From positions 1-40,793 of the IMG/VR virus record IMGVR_UViG_3300005512_000093: DNA of 40,793 nt. One strand, 5' to 3'. This stretch comes from a virus (Duplodnaviria; Caudoviricetes). The notes beneath the pieces are model-generated. The model made no database searches. It had not been told where the DNA came from and saw nothing but the letters and a program-made list of their open reading frames with translations. Shown piece after piece: positions 35,594 through 40,793 of this stretch; within the stretch, counting starts at the first letter, position 1; every line of letters begins with the position of its first letter. The translations under genes were made by a program, and so were the position numbers.

Positions 35594-35842
35594 ATGAGAA
35601 AAAGAAAAGTATATCGCGGAGGCTGGCGCGACATCACTGAAGCATATCGGAAGCGGTTTCCGGAGGAGTCTGGTGTAACGAAGAGTGCGCTGCAGATGAG
35701 AAGCCAGCGAGATGACGTGAAGGTGATGCGCGTCATCTTAGACGTTTTGTCTCGATTTGACGCACAGGTGTCTGCCCGGGCGCGGGAAGTATCGCGCATC
35801 AAGACCGCGATCAATAACCGATCGAAGGAGGTTCAGACATGA
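35594..35842 (+). CDS. Cro-like regulator
   Basis: Small basic ORF, first gene divergent from the repressor. Confidence 0.55.
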   Translation: MRKRKVYRGGWRDITEAYRKRFPEESGVTKSALQMRSQRDDVKVMRVILDVLSRFDAQVSARAREVSRIKTAINNRSKEVQT

Positions 35843-36132
35843 CGATGGAGGAGCAGATCGCACAGGCAGTACTCTGCCGAGTTGAGCCGCATTTCGAACG
35901 GCTTATGACCGAGATAGAGATACTCCGGCGCCGAATTGCCGAGATGCAGGACCGGTCTCTATCGATGAGCGAAGTCTGCGAGATCCTTGGCAAGAGCAGC
36001 AAGACCGTCGTCAAGCTCTTCCGAGAGGGATCAATACTTGGCCGCCAGATCAACGGCGTCTACTACTTCCGCAAGGCGGATGTAGATGACTTCATGCGGT
36101 CACCTCGGGATGCAAGACGGAAAGCAGTTTAA
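35839..36132 (+). CDS. Excisionase-like HTH protein
   Basis: LSMSEVCEILGKSSKTVVKLFREG...YYFRKADVDDF, a MerR/Xis-type HTH. Confidence 0.8.
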   Translation: MTMEEQIAQAVLCRVEPHFERLMTEIEILRRRIAEMQDRSLSMSEVCEILGKSSKTVVKLFREGSILGRQINGVYYFRKADVDDFMRSPRDARRKAV

Positions 36133-36156
36133 ACAACCAAAAAAACGGAGCGAACA

Positions 36157-36309
36157 ATGAGAAGAATAATGCACGCGATCGGAACGGCTGCCCACTGCCT
36201 TTTTGGCGGCAAGACTCGCCACTACGAGATAGGCGGATACCTGCACAGCGGTTCAGCTATCGTCTATGATGGGCACATGCCAGCAATCTATAACCAGGAG
36301 GAAGCATGA
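36157..36309 (+). CDS. Small hypothetical protein (50 aa; not in the ORF track)
   Basis: Preceded by AAAACGGAGCGAAC; ends in an ATGA overlap with the next gene. Confidence 0.6.
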   Translation: MRRIMHAIGTAAHCLFGGKTRHYEIGGYLHSGSAIVYDGHMPAIYNQEEA

Positions 36310-36515
36310 GCAAGCCCATCGAGTGTGAGAGCGCCATAGAGTTGATGGCGGTGATCGGCGGCAGCTTCGTCCGGTCACTGATCGTCACCTACAAGCTGGC
36401 CGACCCCGAGAACAGAGCTCGGATCAAGGCGGCTTTTGCGCGGGAGTTCCAGCAGTACCAGGACATCTACGAAGACATCCGAAATGAAGCAAAGAGAAAG
36501 GAGTGCGCAGCATGA
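36306..36515 (+). CDS. Small phage protein
   Basis: GGSFVRSL...ADPENRARIKAAF; SD AGGAGG; coupled at both ends. Confidence 0.75.
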   Translation: MSKPIECESAIELMAVIGGSFVRSLIVTYKLADPENRARIKAAFAREFQQYQDIYEDIRNEAKRKECAA

Positions 36516-36667
36516 GACATCTCGCAATCATATCAACCATCATCTGCTTCGGCGGTGTCTATGAGACCGCCGTCAACGGCAGTGATACTGCGCTCATCGC
36601 GATAGCGGCCGGCATCGGACTGCTCGCGTGCGCTATAGCTGTAGTAGCACAGCAACTCAACTCTTAA
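36512..36667 (+). CDS. Small two-TM membrane protein (51 aa; not in the ORF track)
   Basis: MRHLAIISTIICFGGVYETAVNGSDTALIAIAAGIGLLACAIAVVAQQLNS; SD AAGGAG; ATGA overlap. Confidence 0.65.
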   Translation: MRHLAIISTIICFGGVYETAVNGSDTALIAIAAGIGLLACAIAVVAQQLNS

Positions 36668-36701
36668 AACGGCAGTACCCCCATGAAAAACGGAGCGAAC
36701 C

Positions 36702-36947
36702 ATGCCCCACAGCATCGAGATTCTGGCAGGACTCGCAAGAGCCCTGTCGGATCGTATCAGTGCGGGAGAGACGGGCCCTGACATCGAGCACGACATCGAG
36801 ATGTATCAGGCGGCGGCAGCTGAGGCGGACGAGTGGTGCCGGCATACGGCAGTCAGCCTCGGGAATTTCTTATCAGAACTCATAACTCAAAAACGGAGCG
36901 AAAGCGATGGACATCAAGCTACTGAGCCTCAGGCTCAAGAATTTTAA
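36702..36947 (+). CDS. Hypothetical protein
   Basis: Preceded by the AAAACGGAGCGAAC motif. Confidence 0.6.
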   Translation: MPHSIEILAGLARALSDRISAGETGPDIEHDIEMYQAAAAEADEWCRHTAVSLGNFLSELITQKRSESDGHQATEPQAQEF

Positions 36948-38847
36948 GGGGGTGGAGAGCTTCGAGCTCGACATCGACGGGCAGAACGCGACTGTCACAG
37001 GGCGAAACGGTGCTGGCAAGAGCACCCTGGCGGATGGGTTGGTGTGGTTGCTCTTCGACAAAAACGCAGCAGGTGAATCGAAATTCGGGGTCAAACCGAC
37101 CGGTTCCGACGGGCAGGAGCTGCACAACCTTGAGCACGAGGTAGAGGCGGCGCTCAGGATCATTGGCAGCTCTCCTGAGTCAGAGGGTACGATATACAGT
37201 CAAGATTCGACGCTCACCCTCAAGAAGACGCTCGTGGAGAAGTGGGTCAAGAAGCGTGGTCAGAGCGCGCAGGAGTTCGCCGGGCATGAGACGGCGTACA
37301 CGATCGACGGAGTTCCGAAAAGCAAGAAAGAGTACGACGAGGTCATCAGCGGCATCGCGCCGGAGCAGATTTTCCGCATGCTGACCAGCACCACATTTTT
37401 CAATGCCATGAAATGGCAGGACCGCAGGACGGTACTGCTTGATGTGGCCGGCGATGTGACGGACGAGGATGTTTTCGCCGGCCACCCGAAACTGCTTCCA
37501 CTGCAACTATCAATCCCTTCCGGCCGAACACTGATCGACCACATCAAGGTGCTCAAGGCCGACCGCAAGAGGGTTGGGGCGGAAGTGGACGGCATCACGC
37601 CCCGCATCGACGAAGTGAGCCGCACGGTGCCGGAAGCAAGCGAGATGGTGCCGCCGAAAACGGCTCGGTCGTATGGAGAGCTGCAGGGCGACCTGAAGAA
37701 AGCTCAGCAGGAACGGGCCGCGCTACTTGCCGGCGACACTACCGACGCACGGGAGCAGGTGCTGAGGCTGAAGGAGAAGATGTCAAAAGAAGACCAGGTA
37801 TATCACGAGTCGGTACGGAAGGCACAGGCTGAACGGGCGAATGGGATGGCTCGCGTCGAACAGTTCGGCGTCAGCCTCAAGCGAATCGAGGGAATCATCA
37901 CCCAGTGCCATGCGCAGATAAGCGTTTTGGAGCAGACGAACGCAAGGCTTAGGTCCGACTGGGCCGAGCGGGACTCTTGGACGGCTCCGGAAGCTATATG
38001 CGTAACCTGCGGCCAAGACCTTCCGGTGGACCAAGCCGAAGAGATCCGGGCAAAATTCATGGAGCGGAAGGCCGAAGAGATGAAAAAGATACAGGAGACC
38101 GGAACTGCCAACAAAGCTGAGATCGAGAAGCTGAAGGCCGAGATCGTACTGCGAGAGGCTGAGCACGCTGGAATCGTCGATGAGCAGGAGGAAGCGCAGG
38201 AGGCTGCAGACGCCATTGTTATGCCTGAAGCGCCAGATCACGAGATGATACAGGACCTCATCGCCGGCATCGAGGACGACATCGCAAAGATGGTCACGAC
38301 TGACAGCAGCAAGGTAGACGCGCAGATCGCTGAGATCGAGGCAAGTATCAAGCAGTACGACGCAGTTGCAGAGCGGCAGAAAGTTGCGGCCGCAGCCGAG
38401 AAGCGCATCACGGAGCTCAAGGCGGACCAGAAGCGGCTCGGCGCCGAGCTGGACAAGATCGACAAAGAGATCATGCTGGCCGAGGAGTTTACTCGGGCAA
38501 AAGTGTCGATGCTGACTGATGCGGTCAACGCTAAGTTTGCTCCCCTGTCGTTCAAGCTGTTCGCTGAGCAGATCAACGGTGGTCTGGCAGAGACCTGCGA
38601 AGTCCTGCGTGATGGCGTGCCATACGGCGACTTATCGCGCGGCCAGAAGGCGGTTGCGGGTCTGCAGATCATCAAGGTATTGAGTGGACACTACGGTATC
38701 ACGGCGCCAGTCTTCGTCGACGATGCCGAGGGCATCACGCTTGACCTGCCGACGGTAGACGGAGGGCAGTACATCCGCCTGGTTGCCGCTGATGGGCACG
38801 ACGGGCTTACGGTCGAGATCGAGCAGGCGGAAGAAGCGACGGCATAA
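36907..38847 (+). CDS. Rad50/SbcC-like AAA ATPase
   Basis: LKNFKG, Walker A GRNGAGKST, coiled coil with CVTC zinc hook, LSRGQK signature, VFVDDAE Walker B. Confidence 0.88.
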   Translation: MDIKLLSLRLKNFKGVESFELDIDGQNATVTGRNGAGKSTLADGLVWLLFDKNAAGESKFGVKPTGSDGQELHNLEHEVEAALRIIGSSPESEGTIYSQDSTLTLKKTLVEKWVKKRGQSAQEFAGHETAYTIDGVPKSKKEYDEVISGIAPEQIFRMLTSTTFFNAMKWQDRRTVLLDVAGDVTDEDVFAGHPKLLPLQLSIPSGRTLIDHIKVLKADRKRVGAEVDGITPRIDEVSRTVPEASEMVPPKTARSYGELQGDLKKAQQERAALLAGDTTDAREQVLRLKEKMSKEDQVYHESVRKAQAERANGMARVEQFGVSLKRIEGIITQCHAQISVLEQTNARLRSDWAERDSWTAPEAICVTCGQDLPVDQAEEIRAKFMERKAEEMKKIQETGTANKAEIEKLKAEIVLREAEHAGIVDEQEEAQEAADAIVMPEAPDHEMIQDLIAGIEDDIAKMVTTDSSKVDAQIAEIEASIKQYDAVAERQKVAAAAEKRITELKADQKRLGAELDKIDKEIMLAEEFTRAKVSMLTDAVNAKFAPLSFKLFAEQINGGLAETCEVLRDGVPYGDLSRGQKAVAGLQIIKVLSGHYGITAPVFVDDAEGITLDLPTVDGGQYIRLVAADGHDGLTVEIEQAEEATA

Positions 38848-38868
38848 CAACAAAACGGAGCAACAGTA

Positions 38869-39711
38869 ATGGCACAAGAAATGACAACGCAGAGCTCAAA
38901 GCAGCTCTCACCGGCCGGCCGGATGAAAAACATCCTAAGCTCGGCGGCAATGCAGGACCTGATCAAAAGAACGCTCAAGGACAAGGCGGAGCTGTTTACC
39001 GCCTCCATCCTTGAGGTCTTCAGTGCGGACAGTTACCTGCAGCAATGCGACCCGGCGGCGGTTGCAAAGGAGTGCATGAAGGCGGCGACGCTGAACCTAC
39101 CACTGAGCAAGGCCCTTGGCTTTGCATGGGTGGTGCCCTTCAAGGGGGTTCCGACCTTCCAGATCGGGTGGAAGGGGTATGTGCAGCTGGCACAGCGGAC
39201 CGGCGCATACAGGTTCATCAACGCCGGGCCGGTATTCGAGGGCGAGCTGCGCAAGGTCTCCAAGCTGACTGGCGAGGTCGATATCGAGGGTGATGCCACC
39301 AGCGACACGGTGATCGGTTTCTTCGCCTACATCGAGCTGACGAATGGCTACAGCAAGAGCCTGTACTGGACGGTCGAGAAGATGCAGGCTCACGCAATCA
39401 AGTACAACCAGCAGTGCAAGCGGGCAGGAAAACTGCAGGGCGTATGGTCCTCAGATTTTGAGGCGATGGGCACGAAGACGGTGCTCTCGACGCTGATCCG
39501 TCGCTACGGCATCATGTCCACCGAGATGCTTGGGGCTGTCAGTGAAGAGTATGACGCAGAGGAGGCGGCGAAGATAGAGATCGCCGGCCACGCCAACGCC
39601 GAAGAGATCAGCTCCGAAGAAGCGCAGGTACCGGCGAACGTGGACCCTGCGACCGGTGAAGTGAAGACCGGCGAGGCAACTGGCCCGGATGTATCGGGCC
39701 CTGGATTCTGA
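38869..39711 (+). CDS. recT: RecT-family single-strand annealing recombinase
   Basis: AATLNLPLSKALGFAWVVPF, FQIGWKGYVQLAQRTG, WSSDFEAMGTKTVL. Confidence 0.92.
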   Translation: MAQEMTTQSSKQLSPAGRMKNILSSAAMQDLIKRTLKDKAELFTASILEVFSADSYLQQCDPAAVAKECMKAATLNLPLSKALGFAWVVPFKGVPTFQIGWKGYVQLAQRTGAYRFINAGPVFEGELRKVSKLTGEVDIEGDATSDTVIGFFAYIELTNGYSKSLYWTVEKMQAHAIKYNQQCKRAGKLQGVWSSDFEAMGTKTVLSTLIRRYGIMSTEMLGAVSEEYDAEEAAKIEIAGHANAEEISSEEAQVPANVDPATGEVKTGEATGPDVSGPGF

Positions 39712-39716
39712 CGAGT

Positions 39717-39787
39717 ATGGGCCGCCAAATTTCACAATTGGGGAATCGTGAAGGGAGCGCATAGTGCGCTGGTGGCCCATTTTTTTT
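39717..39787 (+). terminator. Three-way-junction hairpin followed by a U-tract
   Basis: Outer stem ATGGGCCGCCA/TGGTGGCCCAT enclosing TTCAC/GTGAA and AGCGCA-TAG-TGCGCT hairpins, then a T run. Confidence 0.6.
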
Positions 39788-39818
39788 GCCGGCGTTAGTG
39801 TGTTGGCGCTGGCTGGTT

Positions 39819-39920
39819 CAGAGGGTGGCGGAATTGGTAGACGCTGGTGAAACGTGCCACCATGAGAGATGTGCACACGTTCAAGAACTCTCAATGCAGG
39901 TTCGAATCCTGCCTCTCTGA
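39819..39920 (+). ncRNA. tRNA-like RNA / pseudo-tRNA with non-canonical anticodon and variable arms
   Basis: Acceptor CAGAGGG/CTCTCTG, D-arm GCGGAATTGGTAGACGC, T-arm GCAGG-TTCGAAT-CCTGC; 8-nt anticodon-position loop; 31-nt variable arm; CAA instead of CCA. Confidence 0.75.
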
Positions 39921-39946
39921 CAAAATCAACTTATAAGTTAAGTGCC

Positions 39947-40606
39947 ATGCAATTCACTGCCTACGCCTCCGGATCGACCGGGAACCTCTACACGCTGGAT
40001 GACGGCCAGACAAGCCTCATCGTCGAATGCGGCCTGCCGTACAAGGAGATCCAGCGTCTGCTGCCGAAATCGCCAAGCGAGTACTACGGGTGCTTCTACT
40101 CTCACAGCCATGGCGACCACTTCAATCGAGACGCCGCAGAAGAGCTCGCTCGGCGAGGGATTCCTCCGCAGGGCGGTTTGATGTTTCATCGCGAGGAGCC
40201 GGTCGGTACGATGACTGTCAAGAGCTTCGAGGTCCCGCATGACACACTGACTCACGGATACGTCTTCCAGGGCGCATGCAAAGAGACCTGCGTCTTCATG
40301 ATCGACTGCTTCTACTCTCCGGTCAAGTTCGGCTTCAGCCCGACAATTGTTGCCATCGAAGCCAACTACGCAAAAGACCTGATGAATCCGGGCGACAGCA
40401 TCAACGACCGACTTTTTTCCACCCATATGAGCATCGATCAGTGCATCGAGACGCTGAGGGCATGGGATCTCTCGAAGACGCGTGAGATACACTTGCTGCA
40501 CCTGTCCGACAGCCGGAGCGACGAGGCCCGGTTCGTCCGGGAGGTACAGGAGGCCACCGGCATCCCGACGTATGCCGCACCGGCTTACAGGAGGGCGGGA
40601 AGATGA
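39947..40606 (+). CDS. MBL-fold metallo-hydrolase (phage exonuclease candidate)
   Basis: ASGSTGN, SHSHGDH, VPHD, IEANY, HMS, LLHLS; typical partner of AAA+RecT. Confidence 0.88.
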   Translation: MQFTAYASGSTGNLYTLDDGQTSLIVECGLPYKEIQRLLPKSPSEYYGCFYSHSHGDHFNRDAAEELARRGIPPQGGLMFHREEPVGTMTVKSFEVPHDTLTHGYVFQGACKETCVFMIDCFYSPVKFGFSPTIVAIEANYAKDLMNPGDSINDRLFSTHMSIDQCIETLRAWDLSKTREIHLLHLSDSRSDEARFVREVQEATGIPTYAAPAYRRAGR

Positions 40607-40793
40607 TAACTATCCCCCACTACCAGACCGGAGACCGGATCGTCTACCGAGGGGTTTATTTCCGTAAAGCTAAGAAGCATTGCATCGACATTATCGGTGA
40701 GCCTGTGAGCTTCTCTGGGGTCTCCAAAGCGGATGTAGAGGGTAAGGTAGCTATATGGGTTGAGTCCGTTATTGACCAACAACAAAATCAGGA
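40603..40793 (+). CDS. Hypothetical protein, open to window end
   Basis: ATGA-coupled to the MBL gene; MITIPHYQTGDRIVYRGVYF... with no stop before 40793. Confidence 0.6.
   Translation, partial: MITIPHYQTGDRIVYRGVYFRKAKKHCIDIIGEPVSFSGVSKADVEGKVAIWVESVIDQQQNQ

Larger units (their letters stand above)
1..40793 (+). mobile_element. Temperate bacteriophage, P22-like podovirus virion module, near-complete genome
   Basis: Contiguous terminase-portal-scaffold-coat-tail-ejection-lysis-integrase-repressor-recombination gene order; no obvious host housekeeping genes. Confidence 0.95.

Noticed and set aside
40603-40793. Circular closure: the terminal ORF reads in frame into 14-205 if the window ends are joined
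   Set aside because: The more protein-like, ATGA-coupled frame at the window start is 3-77, which does not join the terminal ORF, and no terminal repeat is seen. A gap is more likely.

Overview
The window holds most of a ~41 kb temperate phage genome with P22-like (podovirus) virion genes, almost all on the + strand. Gene order: MazG-like, RusA and replication initiator with internal iterons; TerS, TerL, portal, scaffold and coat; tRNA-Thr; tail adaptor, hub and needle plus an AT-rich tail-tip module; ejection proteins, including a ~3,480-aa polyvalent protein (N6-MTase + strawberry-notch-type helicase + HExxH peptidase + LPD38-like); tail fibres; a diversity-generating retroelement (DGR); lysis genes; a probably intact attP plus tyrosine integrase; repressor, Cro and Xis; and an AAA-RecT-MBL recombination module. 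The DGR is the best-supported system: its 128-bp VR/TR pair has 16 mismatches, all at TR adenines, the RT has a YCDD motif, and no avd-sized gene is recognisable. The most unusual signals are (i) a 99-aa gene nested in the +1 frame that exactly spans the MTase-helicase linker of the giant protein, (ii) a 102-nt tRNA-like RNA whose anticodon-position loop can pair with an oversized variable arm, (iii) a three-copy, identically spaced late-promoter motif, (iv) an H-type pseudoknot in the scaffold leader, and (v) pseudoknot-type pairing that brackets the DGR template. All family calls come from motifs and synteny recognised by eye, not from database searches. The host (Bacteroidota/Chlorobiota-like) is an inference.
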